A stretch of 64,000 bases of DNA. Source: the human T2T-CHM13v2.0 reference genome, Homo sapiens. Position numbers and translations under genes: made by a program. Below are positions 13,381-29,138 of the stretch, one piece after another. The notes under the pieces were generated by a model that did no database searches, was not told where the DNA came from, and saw nothing but the letters and a program-made list of their open reading frames with translations. Positions within the stretch are counted from its first letter, which is position 1, and each line of letters starts with the position of its first letter. The DNA is taken from the NCBI RefSeq assembly GCF_009914755.1, contig NC_060928.1; one strand, 5' to 3'.

Positions 13381-15626
13381 TATAGTTTTATTAGATAGAA
13401 AGGTTATGTCAAATCCTGACAGTGACCAAAACTTTGATAGTCATCTAATAAATATTTGTTACCCAATTTATGGATCACATGTAAAGGGAATTAGATTGAC
13501 AAGAAACATTAAATAGAAATTGAGGAGCAGGAATTTTATCATAAAGGAAATCTTCAAATAAACTCATTAAATTTATCAAATAGAAGCTGGTATCATCCTG
13601 AAAATAAAAACCAAAGCTATCACCCAGGGAATCATCTCAAGCTCCCACCATTGCTTCCCCTCTGGGAGCCTTGGCTCTGAGGGAGGAGTACATCATGTAA
13701 GAACTCTCAATGTGGTCATTGCAACAGCATCATAGAGGAGGAAGCCTTTGGGCCACTGTGACATATGCATAATCCTGTCATCACACAACGGTCATTGGGA
13801 GACCTTTTATCTGGGTGGGGGAAATCATTGCTTTTTCTATTCATACAATGAGCATCTAAGGGTATAGCTGACTCTCCTTTGGCAGTCACTTTGCAATAGG
13901 GAGAGAGCAGAGATAATGTGCCTCATAAATAACTCTGTTGGGTACGATAAAACAAAGAGAGAACTGCATGGGGTGCAGAAAAGCCTGACACCATCTCTTT
14001 TCCATTTGCCAACTGGATAAACTTGAATATTTCTCCAATTTCACTGAGCCCCAGTTTTCCCATTTGCCAAAACGTTACCAACTTAAACATACCAATGGAT
14101 TATGTGATCCCTTCTTTTTAACTGTGGAAGGGAAAACTGCCTGCTTTTATAAAGAGTACTTCAATATTTTCTTGCCTTAGATGCAAGAAAATAATGTCCC
14201 AGTAAGTATTGTCTTTAATTGACTTAATTGCCTAACTGGTTCTGACACCTTCCTTCAGAATATAGCTTTTAAGTAAACAATCAGAATTCTTCAGAAGTAA
14301 AAAATTTGACCTTTTCAGCTTAAAAAGATCATAAGGACACAAACAGAAGATATCCTGCATTAAAGAAACAAGGTCAACTTTTATAGTGTTTTACAGTCTG
14401 TTATATCTTTGAAGAAAAAGTGTCACAAATTCCAACGTTCATAATCACAAATTTTTTCAGCCAAGTAGAAAGATTTTATAGATTAAGAAAATTTATGTTT
14501 TTTTAAATTGATGTATCTATTTGGGCAAATTTAATTGCTTATATCAAAAAACTTATGCAACTGGGAGAAAAGATTTTAGTATTAGCAATGATGAACAGTT
14601 ATACAATGAAAATTCAGAGAGAAAGTATTCTTTTCATTCTCAGTGAATAAAGAATAAGTTTAATTAACACAGGGAATGTGTTTCTCCCCCACCTTTCTCT
14701 AACAGAGATGACAAGAGAAAGAAGACAGAATTAGGTCATTCCCTCTTCATGACTGTGCTGTAACAAGGGACAAAATGAGATAAGCTTATTTTACAAGATA
14801 AATAAGTGCCATTTTTCTGTGATTACTTTATATTGCTATGTTTTTCCCTTCCCCATGTCTAAAGTTCTTTTTGTGTGATATTTGTAAATTGGACATGGAG
14901 GACTTGCAGCAGTAAGGGTTTCATTTTTCAGTACGTGTTTGCATGAAGTCAAATGCCTTCACCTAATACATTCCAGGGGAAAGCTCTCCCTGTGTTGTGT
15001 TTTTATGACACTACCTCAGATCATTTCAAAGTAGTATCCAGAGTCTCAGTGAATATTGTTTTTCATATAACTTTAAAACTCCACAGTCTGACGTTCAATA
15101 ATAAGCACAGAATAAAATATCAACTATAAGAAGCATGTTGCCAAGAACTTGCAGCCCACCTGAATTATTTTATTGAACGTGACATGGAGGAGAAAGGATG
15201 CAGTGATTACCTGATGGATTATGAGCCAGAAACAAGGTGTTCCCTAAGGATTCATAAGTCCTATTCAAAGGAACAATCCAAAGGAAGTGGCTGGCCACTG
15301 TGTTTTTCTTGAAGTGTCTCAAGTCTTCATCCAAATGAGAATAGGTCTTCATAAAGATAACAGTACAATTCAATGGACAAAGAACACTGTCACAGAGCCA
15401 AACATGTCACATCATGTGCCTAGCAAGAAGTGATGGCAAATTTGTAGCAAGAATACCAAAAATACACTGTACCAAGAGTACAATATCATAACATCATAGT
15501 ACTATGTTAAAACTGCTAAATGTTTTTGTAAGTCAGAAGAGGTGAAATTTCAGTGGTGTCAAATGCTTCAATCTAATAACTGAGGAAAGCATTACGTATA
15601 AAATCAAGGATTTTCAAATGCTTATT

Positions 15627-16138
15627 TGTATCAGTCAGGTTTCTTCAGAGAAACAGAACCAGTAGGATATATAAAGATATAAGATTTATTATAGGAATTA
15701 GCTCAGGTGATTCTGGAGACCAAGAAGTCCCACATTACGCCATCTGAAAACTGGAGAACCAGGAAAGCCAGTGGTATATTTCAGTCTGAATCAGAAAGCT
15801 TGAGAACCAGGGAGCCAATGGTGTAAATCCTAGTAGAGTGTGAAGGCCCAGGAACCTTGATATTCAATGTCCCAGGGAAAGAGAAAATAGATTTCCCAGT
15901 TCAAGAAGCAAGAAATAATGGGCCTTTCCTCTACCTTTTTGTTCTATTGGGCCCTCAACAGAAGAGAAGATGCCTGCCCACATTGGTAGGTACACACCAG
16001 TCTTCTTTACTCAGTCCACTAACTCAAATGCTAATCCCTTCTGGAAACTCCCTCATAGACACACCCAGAAATAATGTTTTACCAGCTATCTGGACAACCG
16101 TTACCCAGTGAAGTTGACACATACAATTAACCATCACA
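15627..16138 (-). mobile_element. MLT2 (ERVL) solo LTR
   Basis: tgtatcagtcaggtttcttcagagaaacagaacc...gttgacacatacaattaaccatcaca, with TG...CA termini and cttat on both flanks. Confidence 0.9.
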
Positions 16139-16402
16139 CTTATTTAGTGTTACTTCCGGGAGAACATGCACTGATTCTATATTATCATAGATTTAGAAAC
16201 CAGTTCTTTTCCTTTTTTCTATTTTCAGGAATTAGTAAAACTCCTACTTTACCTAATTTAAAACTTAGGCTCTGTTGTCGGATGAGCTGGACCTGAATGC
16301 AAGCTCCACCTCTTACTGAGTGTGATCTAAGGCAATTGACTGCCCTTCTCTACCTCAGTTTATTTTCACCTAAAAAATGCAGATAATAAAACTGCCTCCT
16401 TC

Positions 16403-17679
<1,277 letters not shown>

Positions 17680-19644
17680 TAAAAATTTATATTAAAATGT
17701 CCAACATTGAAGTGGCAGATTTTTTTTTTACCCAGTTTAAAATAGATTCAATTACTGTGTAGACGATGTAATGCCCTCATACCTACACATGTTGTTTTAC
17801 GGCTCTTTCAAATGCTATCCCACCATTGAATATCCAATCATTTATGCCAGTAATCTCTGTGATTCTTGAACAGAATTGAGATGTGCTTATTAGTTTACCC
17901 TTTCAGCTATCTGAATATGGAATGGAAAAAAAATAAATCAAGGTCAGTGCCTGGTATGTTGGGATATAATCTACAGCCTGAATCAAAGAAAGTAAGACAT
18001 GTAACAGACAATTCTGTGCAATGGAAAGGGCTCTGGACAGCACATTTGAATCCCATTTCCCAGTGGTGGATCAATGGTCAAATCACTTAATCTACCTGGG
18101 CCTCAAGTGTCTTAGATATTTACTGCCTAGGATGAACTTTATGATCCTAGGATTCCTTCTGCTCTGTGGTTTACAAAGGTTAAAAATTGATGGACTATTG
18201 ACTTAATTCAGACCTATCTTTGTGTGCCTTTGTATATTTTGGCCCAAAATATTGTGAATTAGTTCCAAACACTTAAAAATTGGGAAACATTTCTCAATAA
18301 TATAGGTTTCCAGCTTCTTGTGGAAAAAAAAATTAAAAATCCAGAAAGAGTAGACTCATATTTCTGGTACTCCACCTTTCAGATGGGACCTGTACTTTCC
18401 ATATGAGGACAGTTTTTATTTTTCCATATTGTCTCTTGACCTGTGTTATCTATGTGTCCCCTACTGTCAGATGGTTTTACAATCCTAACTGTCAGGCCTT
18501 TATATTTGCAGTTCCTTCTTCATGGAATAACAGACCTCCAGATATTCACCTAATCTGGCTTTATTTTCTTCTGAACAGTTATCATATCTGAAATTATGCT
18601 TTTTGTTTGTTTGTTCATGTTTGGTGCTTGCCCCTTACTAGAATAAACCCTTTTCAGAGAGAAAAGACTTTCTCTTGTTCACCAGAGTATTGAGCACATA
18701 AAATAATGTTTGGCATATGGTAGGTATCAAATAATTATCCATTGATTTGTTGTTGACTGTGATTCCCTGCCATTCTGGAATTTATATCTTCTATTTGCCA
18801 AGCAAAGTGTTTTAGGAACTACTTTTTTATGAGAAATATCAGCCCTCACTGTGAATATGTTTAAAAACAAATGGTGTTGCCTTTCTCTCAATTATTCAGG
18901 AAACACATGATTACTGGAGAATGATTAGAAAATATGGAAACGAAAATCACTCATAATCTCATTCAACTGAACTATGTATTTCAAAATGTCGACTTTCTAT
19001 TTCAATGTTTTTTCAGGAACTATGTGCTTATATTACATGTGCTTAAACTTTCTCAAATACTCTCTGAGAGAATCATTCTCTCCCTCTTCTGCAGTCATTC
19101 ATACGACAAGAAATTTCCCCAAACCTCCATCTTCTCAGAGAAGCACTGGGGACAAGTAGCTCCTGACACTTCTAGGCCCACACTTGTGCGTTCCAAGGAA
19201 AACAGGAAGGATTCATCTGATTGCTAAGATAATGATGGCCTGATAGTCATTGTTTCTTTTTTCTTTTTTTGGCCATGGGACAGCATTCTATGGTCTTAAC
19301 AGTTGCTGTTGAGAAGCAAGCCCTTGTCATTGGCTCTCCCCATCAATGGTCCCAAGGCCATATGACCTTCCACTTGTGGTCTAACTCAGGAACTGCTCTG
19401 CATACTCATCCATCCCCCATGGAGTCCCAAAGCCTAGAGTTATAAAAGGTTATGACAGCCCCCACTTAAGTTGACTTCTCCAATTCGTCTTTAACAACGA
19501 TAAAGTAATACTGTAATTTATATTTCACATGGCTAGTATATGTATTTCTCTATAGGTTCAGAATGTCGAAGAAAGGATGAGTGGTTTTCTTCACTGCAAA
19601 TCCCCCGAAATAATCATTTCTACAACCTGATTTTTCTGTAAAAG

Positions 19645-19856
19645 CAACTTGTCCAACCCGCAGGCCGCATGCAACCCAGGACAGCTTTGAACGCAGCCCA
19701 ACACAAATTCATAAACTTCTTAAAACATTATAAGATTTTTTTGCAATATTTTTTCTAGTTCATCAGCTATCACTAATATTAATGTATTTTATGTGTTGTC
19801 TAAGACAATTCTTTCTCTAATGTGGCCCAGGGAAGCCAAAAGACTGGACACTCCTG
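19645..19856 (+). mobile_element. MER30 (hAT-Charlie MITE)
   Basis: ttgtccaacccgcaggccgcatgc...gcccaacacaaattcataaac...gtggcccagggaagccaaaagactggacactcctg. Confidence 0.85.
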
Positions 19857-21299
19857 TATTAAAGCTTGTTTCATTATTTTGGACACCACCACATTTGAGA
19901 TGGTTCACTTAATGACAGGCTGGCCACACTACTGATCAATGCTGCTTCCATCTTTAGCAGCAGATGTTGGGACATCTGCTTCCTGAGGAATGCTAAGTGT
20001 CTTGATTGCTCAGTAGGAGCAGTAATACCGTGTAGGAGGATGTGGTGGTCTTTGCTTTATTCCTCATTCCATCTACACAAATCCAAATTGGATTGGATTC
20101 CATCCAATCCAATTTAATCCATCTGAAGATGAATAGTCTCTTACAAATTATGTTTCAGCACAGATCCAGTGGCTACATAGTCATTTTTAATGATTTTTAT
20201 TAATTTTAATTTTTTTGCTAATTTCCCTGCAACTATAATCTTACTGTTACATTTATTTTTAATTCTGTTCAGGAATTTGCTTGCAATTTAGACTTGGAGC
20301 ATGAATATTATTGATTCATTGGTATTATTGATTCAACTCTTCCGCTCACATGAAGTGATTAAACCAAAATAGTCTGAGGATGAGAAACATGACTTAATCT
20401 TGCATGGTCACAGAGTGCCTTGAAAAGGCAGCCTGGGGCTATGGGCTGCTTCTTCCTTCCATTATGGGAAATTAATTATTAGAACAAAAATCGGAAATGA
20501 AGCAGGTCTTCTCTGATCTAGGCAAATGTTCTCTTGGGGGGGGGGGCCCTAATGCATTCCGTATTTTCCCGATTTCACTCCTCATTACACTTTATTATCA
20601 TCACTGGTTGATTACCTATCTTCCCTTCTTGACCATCAGTTTTGTAAAGGCAGAGAATTTGCCTGACTTACTTAAACCTGGATTCCCAGTGCTACCATGC
20701 CTGTAGGTTAATAAATGCTTTAATAAATCCTCTTTAAAATATCTGTTGAATGCAAATCAACAGATCAGTGCAAGGTGGAAGTGAAAGTTTAGAAAACACG
20801 AAATTTGCCACATAAAACACATGAGTTTAGCTTCAAAAATGGCAGCACAAGACTAAAAAGATTGGAGTGGTATCTTTTCTGTGCTGCATGCTCCTAATAG
20901 CTCCTTCACGCAATCTCCATCACTCATGAGCAGAGACCAGAAAAGGGACACTCTAGACTGAACAGATGCTACAGTTAGGCAGTTACACATGGAAAAGGAA
21001 AGAGAAAACCCAGCAATGTTTTAAAAAAGCAAAAATATTAAATGAATTTGCACATCCAGTAGTATTTTTTATAAAACCAAGACATAACCAACAAAGAATA
21101 AATAGTAATACATAAATAATCTAATTTAATAAAAGAGGAGGTAAATGCAGGAGACTAAGAAACAGAAATGGACCTAATCACAAATATTGGAATTTAAAAA
21201 ATTATTAGGTATATAAATAATGCCCTGTGCTAATAAGTTGAACTGTGCAATGAAATAAATGACTATGTGTCTGTCAGACAAAGCAGAGGAATGGGGAGA

Positions 21300-22770
21300 T
21301 GGGGTGGAAGAAGTCAATACAGACTCATGACACAGAAGGCCTTAATAGATCAAACATTATGAAATACATTCAGAAAGGTTATTGGAGATTTTTCTTCCAA
21401 AAACATATGTAAGTTAATGTGATGAGTTCTAAATATTAAATAAATAACTTCAATGCTGTATAAATTATTTCAGAGCATAAACATAGTTGGAAAGATTCCA
21501 TATTGATTTTCATAAAGACAGTACAACATTGATTTGAAAACCTGGTAAATAAAGATCAATATCATTTGTGATTACTTATAACAAAATTATAAGCGAAATG
21601 CTAACGAATAAAAATGTTAAATAATATTTACTCAAAAAAGACCTCACCGAAGAGATTTGAATCAAATTGGGGAGAAAATAATATCAAGAGATACCAAAAG
21701 GCTAGTTTCAAAAATTTGTCATGCAGCTATGATTTTTTTTAAAAAAAAACCTCTTTGCCCACAATTTTTAAAACCTTAGTATTTACTGTGATGAAAAATA
21801 CCTACTTCAAATGCTGAATCACTAAAGATATTGCCATTAATCAGAAATAAGAGAAATATGCTTACCATCACTAATATTATTTAAGTCCAGAAGTTTTAAC
21901 AGTGCATTAAGATTTAAAATTAAAAAGTGAGTTATATAATTGAAAAGGAAACAAAATTATCATTATTTCTAGATATGATTTGTATACTTTGAAAACCCAA
22001 GACAATCAACTTAAGTATCATAGAAAAATGTCTTTAGAAATAAATCAGTGAAATGACTTAATCAAAATAAATATATAAAATTCAATGTCTCCACTTCCCT
22101 CAGAATAGCTAAAAGTAAAGACTGACTACACCAAGTGTTGCCAAGAATGTGAAGAAACTCAAATTCTTATAAATTGCTGGTAGAAATGTAAACTGACGAA
22201 GTCACTTTAGAAAACATTTCATCAGACTTTTAAATGTCACATTTGCTTTACCAAACAACTCATACATTATATTCCTAGATATTTGGCCAAGAAAAAATGA
22301 ACATCTATGTCAATACAAAGACTTGCATATGAATGTGTATAGCAAAATTATTCATAATAACCAAAGTTAAAAAAAAAGATGTCCACCAACAAGTGAATAA
22401 ATTAAATGTGGTATACCCGTACAATGGAATATTATTCAGCCATAAAAGGAATGAACAACATGGTTGAATCTTAAAATCATTATGCTGAGGAAAGTAATCA
22501 GACACAAAAAAGTACATCCTGAATGCTTAATTTATATAAAATCCTAGAAATGTAAATAAATCTATAGTTAAACATAAAGGTAGACTAATAGTTGTCTGAG
22601 ATAGGGGTGTGGAATAAAATGGGCTGCAAAGGAACAGGAGGAATTTAGGGGCAGTGATGGGAAGGTTTGGTTTTGGTGATAGTTTCATGAGTGTATACAC
22701 CTGTCAAAACTCTTCAAATAAGTGTGAATTATTGCACATACATTATACATCAGTTAATTTATTTTAAAAA
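21300..22770 (+). mobile_element. Old L1M (ME/MD-type) degraded ORF2 and 3' UTR
   Basis: Degenerate ORF2 motifs (attatttctagatatgatttgtatac; tgtggtatacccgtacaatggaatattattcagccataaaagga) followed by an L1M 3' UTR. Confidence 0.75.
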
Positions 22771-23029
22771 TACAATAGAGCCTTCTGGATAAGAAAATCT
22801 AAAGATCAAGGCACTCTCACATTGTAGTATATCCTAAAGTTAAAATGTCTAAAGTCTTTTATCTCCTCAAAATGTTTTATTGGCTTTTATTTGCTTATAG
22901 ACTCTATGCTTCCTTGCAGTAATTAATTACCAAAATGTAAAGATTTGAAGATATTGATACTCATGCAGCAGCAATATGAAAGATCCTGTTTGTTTATCCC
23001 CCATTTCCCCATTATGTAGAAAGACAGAG

Positions 23030-23110
23030 ACAAACACACACACACACACACAAACACAGAGAGAGAGAGAGAGAGACAGAGAGAGAGACAGAGAGAAAGG
23101 AAGAGACAGA
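23030..23110. repeat. Compound (CA)n-(GA)n microsatellite
   Basis: Directly visible. Confidence 0.95.
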
Positions 23111-23679
23111 GATTAACTTTGCTGAAATGGCAATGCCCAGCTAGAAACTTGTTTTCCCTAAATTTCCTAGTTGAGGCTTTTAGAAAATTTATTGATTTGA
23201 TAATAAAGAGGGGCATGCTCAGTTGACACTCACATTTTACCCTTTATATTCTCCCTTTTTTTCTGACTAGATTGAATGAGTGGCCTAGAGGTACAGCAGT
23301 CATCTTGTGACCAAGAAGAAGAAAATCAAATGCTAAAGATGGTAGAGCAAAAAGAGAGAAGATATTTGGGTCAGCCCTGGAATACCTATCATATTCTCCT
23401 TGCTAGATGGGAAAAGTCAGTCCTTTATAATTTTCATGTACAGGTATACAAGCTCCTCTGACTCCAGCAGGTGTTGAATTGAAATCAATCACATGTTGTT
23501 GCTACTGAAATGAGACTTAAATATCAAGTCATTAAGTTTGTCACGATGCAGTTGGTGAAACAGGCCCAGAAAAAGTTAAGTGAGTTTTCTAACAGGAAAC
23601 AACCCAGAGAGTCAAAGCTGGAATCCAAACCTCTTGATTCTCAGTTCAGCACTATTTCCACTGTTCCTGCTGCCACACT

Positions 23680-24330
23680 AAGTAAAGGAATAAAATGCTT
23701 ATTGGTGGCCTACTCTGTGTTAGGTACCGTACTGGATGATATCAGAGGGCAGAACTGTATAAGACCACACTCCTTTCTCATAAAGGGCATACAATCTAGA
23801 TCAAGAGATAAAACTCCATCAGACTATAAAATATACAAATAGTTTTAAAATACAGCTTGAGAAATTAGTCCCATTACATTTTGTACCACAATAGTATAAG
23901 CCCATATCATACATAGTAAGTAATAAAATGTTTGTGTCCCTATTAAGAAAACATCACTTTGGGTAGATATCATCACAGATGTTTGTTTGAAGGAATGTTG
24001 TTTGATTTTTCCTGAGGGAAAAATAAGGTTAAGATAAGTAGAAGACAATAGGGAGGACATTCCTAGAAGGCATAAATGCCTTTGGCAAAGACGTGGTGGT
24101 GAAAATGACCATGAATAATCTTGGGAAAAATACAAATGAAATAGTTTGACTGTGATGGAATGTTTTGTTATCGAAAATGTGGTAGAGAGCATAGGTTAGA
24201 ACCAAAAGGTCCTTGAATTACAGGATGAATAATTTTAACTTTATTCTTCAGATAATAATCAACGGATAATAGGTTTTTAACCATGGAATTGACTCAGCAA
24301 AATTGTTGAGAAAGATATACTTGATGTCCA
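23680..24330 (-). mobile_element. L2 LINE fragment
   Basis: aaatgcttattggtggcctactctgtgttagg...ttcctagaaggcataaatgcctttggcaaag, reverse L2 3' region. Confidence 0.6.
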
Positions 24331-24370
24331 TAACTTGAGGAAAAGAAATAGAACAGAAAAGATGAAACTA

Positions 24371-24671
<301 letters not shown>

Positions 24672-24699
24672 CTACATATTTTTTGAAAGGCATATGCAA

Positions 24700-24785
24700 C
24701 ATGTGGATATATATATACACACACATATATGCATACATTTATATGTTTATAATATGTACATAATATGTATAATATACATATACAT
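24700..24785. repeat. Degenerate (TA/CA)n microsatellite
   Basis: Directly visible. Confidence 0.85.
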
Positions 24786-27378
24786 AATTCTAAATCATAA
24801 GCAAATGAGCAATAAAATATGTTAAGGGTTGTCTATTTCAACACCCAGGACAGTGCCTGGAACACAGTGGGTGCTTAATCAGTGTATGAATAATTCATTC
24901 ACAAAGTAAATGAATATTAATGTCCAAACCAAAATATTACTGCAGACTCTTTGAGCTAGAGATATTAAGGTATCCACTATAAACCCTTCAAATGTATGTA
25001 ATCTATATCTCTTCCTAGATAAAAATGTAAGTTTTAAGGATGACTGAAAACTGGTAGTTACCTAGGTAACCCATGAAGTAAAATTCATGAGAATTAAATT
25101 CTGATTGTAAGTATTTCCTTTACTGTCTGCCTTTTGAAAAGAGGCAACAGATATAGCATCAAAGCTTCCACTTAAACAAGCAGATCAAAAAGAATAGATG
25201 ACTTGATTCTGATATATCTAAATATCTACTTATGATTTCAGTCACCTTTCTTTTGAGCCTTTGTTTATTTTTAGAATCACTTTTCAACAGTGACCAAATG
25301 AGTTCACAGACTGAGAACTTAGGTGAGATCTATACAACTGCAATTATTTGAGTATTTTTTTAAACTAAAAAAGGCTTAAGGGTTTCTGAATGACTCAGAT
25401 AATTAGATAAAAATGACTCGCCTGCGCTATCTACTGAACCATATATGCCAAGACATTTAGGTAGTGGCCAACATTTGCTACTCTCTTTATTTAATGTTCA
25501 GAGTAGCTATTTCAAAGGAATACTTCTTTGAAAGATGGTCATGTTACCAAATCACCAAAACATCAGGGTAATCAGTGGAAAGTGTCAATCAACCATCTAG
25601 ATCTGTTGAGATCTGTTGCTTGATTTACAATAAATGTGGCTGATTCTGTTGCTTTTATTCTGGCAATATGGCATCTTGTCAGATAATGGTACTCCCAGGG
25701 AGAGACACCAAAAAGAGTGTCTGCTGGATTCCAAAGCTTCTGTTAAAAGGATAAAAATATGTTTCTCTAGATCTTGAGCAACAAAATTGACTTATTTCAT
25801 GTTTCTCTCCATCAGAATTATTTGTGCCAATATATAATATAGTTTAGTGTTAATTCTTTTGAATTTTAAAAACTCAGCTATTCAATCAAGAGACTATTTT
25901 ATCCATGTAGAATTTTTATAATCATAGGTTATAAGAACATGAGAGACCATTACGTTGCTTTTAACTAAAGTCAAAATAACCTAGGAAATTCTGTCCTTTG
26001 TAGAGTCACAGGGACTGGTCTTCGGCATCCAACTTCAAAAATTAAAAAAAAAAAAGTATACAAAACATGTGCTATATGCAGCACAGGAGAGTATCCTCTG
26101 AGTGAAGGGAACAGATCATTTCCTGAAGAACATTTCCAGGACACAAAGCGAGAAAAGAGGACCTCAATAGATCTAATGGCTTCCTTGACATGACTAAAAT
26201 TTTTAGGTTAGGGTTCTGGAGAGAAGAAACAGAAACACAGAGAGAGGAGAGAAAGTTCCAGGATCTATAGAGGGTTCTACTCAAATCTTAGGCTGCCGAC
26301 TGACTACTGGATATGTGTGAGAAACTACTAAACTGAGAGAAAAAAAAACAGTAGAAAAAGGCAGATGAGCAATCAATCTCCAGAATTGACTATGGTGAGA
26401 AATAGTTTGTGTTCACAAACCAGCCCTAGTGGAAAGATTTTTAAACACATGGAACATTGAATATAGTTTTGAGAAGAGAATTGCATTGGTGGTGGGGCTA
26501 AATCAGCCCTAAATAGCTACCTTTGAACTCACCTAAGAAAGCTGAAAAGAAAGAGTCAAAGGATCAGACTGTTCAAGTAACTTAACTGTGTCCTAGAGCA
26601 AAACTGAAAAATATTTAAGTAAATACCAAAAAAAGAGAAATTCAACATGAAAATCTGTGTCCATAATCCATCCAAAAATTACCACACATACAAAATGTAT
26701 TACAATAGAATTTATAATAAGGAGAAAAATTAAGCAAAATAAATAGCTCACAAATTACAAACATGATGTAATTAGTAAATAAGAATATTAAAATTTTATT
26801 CTTATACTTCTTATTTCCAAAAGATAGATAATTGCATGAGCATAATGAAGCAAGAAATAAAAATTTTAAAAACACCCAAATCAAACTTACTGTATCAGGA
26901 AATAAAAAATACAATGCCAAAATACACTTTATGGGATTACCAGCACATTAGACAGCGTAGAACAAAAGATTGGTCAATGTGAAGATATAGCAATGAAAAC
27001 TGTTTTTTAAAAATCCAAGGAAAATAACTGAAAAAAATCAACAAAGCACGAGAGAGATGTGGAAGAATATTAACTAACCACACATATGTGTAACTGTAAT
27101 AGCAGAGGGGAAAAGGATAAAGAAACAGAAAAAGTATTTGAAAAAATAATGCTAAAAATTTTCCAAATTTGAAAACAATAAACTCACAAATTCAAGAAGC
27201 TTAATGAGCCCAAAGCACAAAAAATAGGAAAATAACTACATGAAGACAAATGATAATAAAACTGCTGAAAACCAATAATAAAGAGAAAATATTTGAAAAT
27301 AGCCAGGAAAAGATACACTGTGAATCAAAGACAAAAAAAAAATGCATCAGTGACAAAAAAAAAAAAATATGCATCGGC

Positions 27379-27756
<378 letters not shown>

Positions 27757-28031
27757 CTAGAATTGTGTAAGGATGACTATGTCTTTTTAAAAATAAAGAC
27801 AAAATAAAGACTTCTTAAGAAAACAGTCATCACTCCTAGACCAGCATTATAAGAAATGTTAAAGGATGTTCTAGCAAAAAGATAATGACAAAAAGAAATT
27901 TAGATATTTGCTAAGGAATGAATAAAACCAGAAATCATTAATATGCTGGTAGGTAAACATGAAATATTTTTATTCTATTTAAGAAATGGGATAAAAATAA
28001 ATTAAAATAAAATTATTTAAAAATAATAACT

Positions 28032-28457
<426 letters not shown>

Positions 28458-28657
28458 TTACGCTGTGCTTGAAGTGGTATAATATTATTTGAAGGTAGAC
28501 AATAATATGTTAAACATGTATACAATAAAGCATAGAACAACTGCTAAAACAAAACATAACAAACAATAAAAAAGCTCAAAAAAAGTACAACTAGTAAACC
28601 AATAAATCAGACACAATTCAATTTAAAAAAACATTCAGTTATTCTAAAATAAGAGAT

Positions 28658-28810
28658 ATATTAGTTTCTATTGCAGAATCACACATTAACCCACAACTTA
28701 TCAGTGCATGCAACTGACATTTATTATCTCACACAGTTTCTGAGGGGCATAAACTCAAAAATGCCTTAGTTGGGTGGTTCTTACTCAGGGTCTCTCAGGA
28801 GGTTGCAACT
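28658..28810 (-). mobile_element. MLT1 (MaLR) LTR fragment
   Basis: ttttattatctcacacagtttctgagggg...gggtggttcttactcagggtctctcaggaggttgca. Confidence 0.7.
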
Positions 28811-28822
28811 AAGAAAATCACT

Positions 28823-28929
28823 CTGCCTCCTTCAGCAACACATAAACTAAAAGTGGAACAATACAGAGAAGATTGGCATGGCCACTGCACAAGGGTGACA
28901 TGCAAATTTGTGAAGCATTTCATATTTTT
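28823..28929 (+). pseudogene. RNU6: Full-length U6 snRNA retropseudogene (5' part of a U6-L1 chimera)
   Basis: 107 nt colinear with U6: ...cacataaactaaaagtggaacaatACAGAGAagattggcatggcc...gtgaagcatttcatattttt. The ACAGAGA box is retained. Many substitutions and no recognisable PSE/TATA upstream. Confidence 0.95.
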
Positions 28930-29138
28930 GGAGTAGGATAACTATAGTTAACAACAATGTATTATACATTTCCAAATAGAAGTGAGGACTTTAAATGTTC
29001 TCAATGCATACAAATGACAAATGCTTGTGTTGATGGTTATCTTAAATACCCCGACTTGATCATTACACATTTTATGCATATAATAAAATATTACATGTAC
29101 TTCACAAATATGTTCAAATATTATGGATCAATAAAAAT
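28930..29138 (+). mobile_element. L1MA-type 3' terminus fused directly to U6
   Basis: actatagttaacaacaatgtatt...gatcattacacattttatgcat...attatggatcaataaaaa matches L1MA 3' ends. Confidence 0.85.

Noticed and set aside
28823-28929. Functional U6 gene
   Set aside because: Many substitutions, no external Pol III promoter elements and fusion to an L1 tail.
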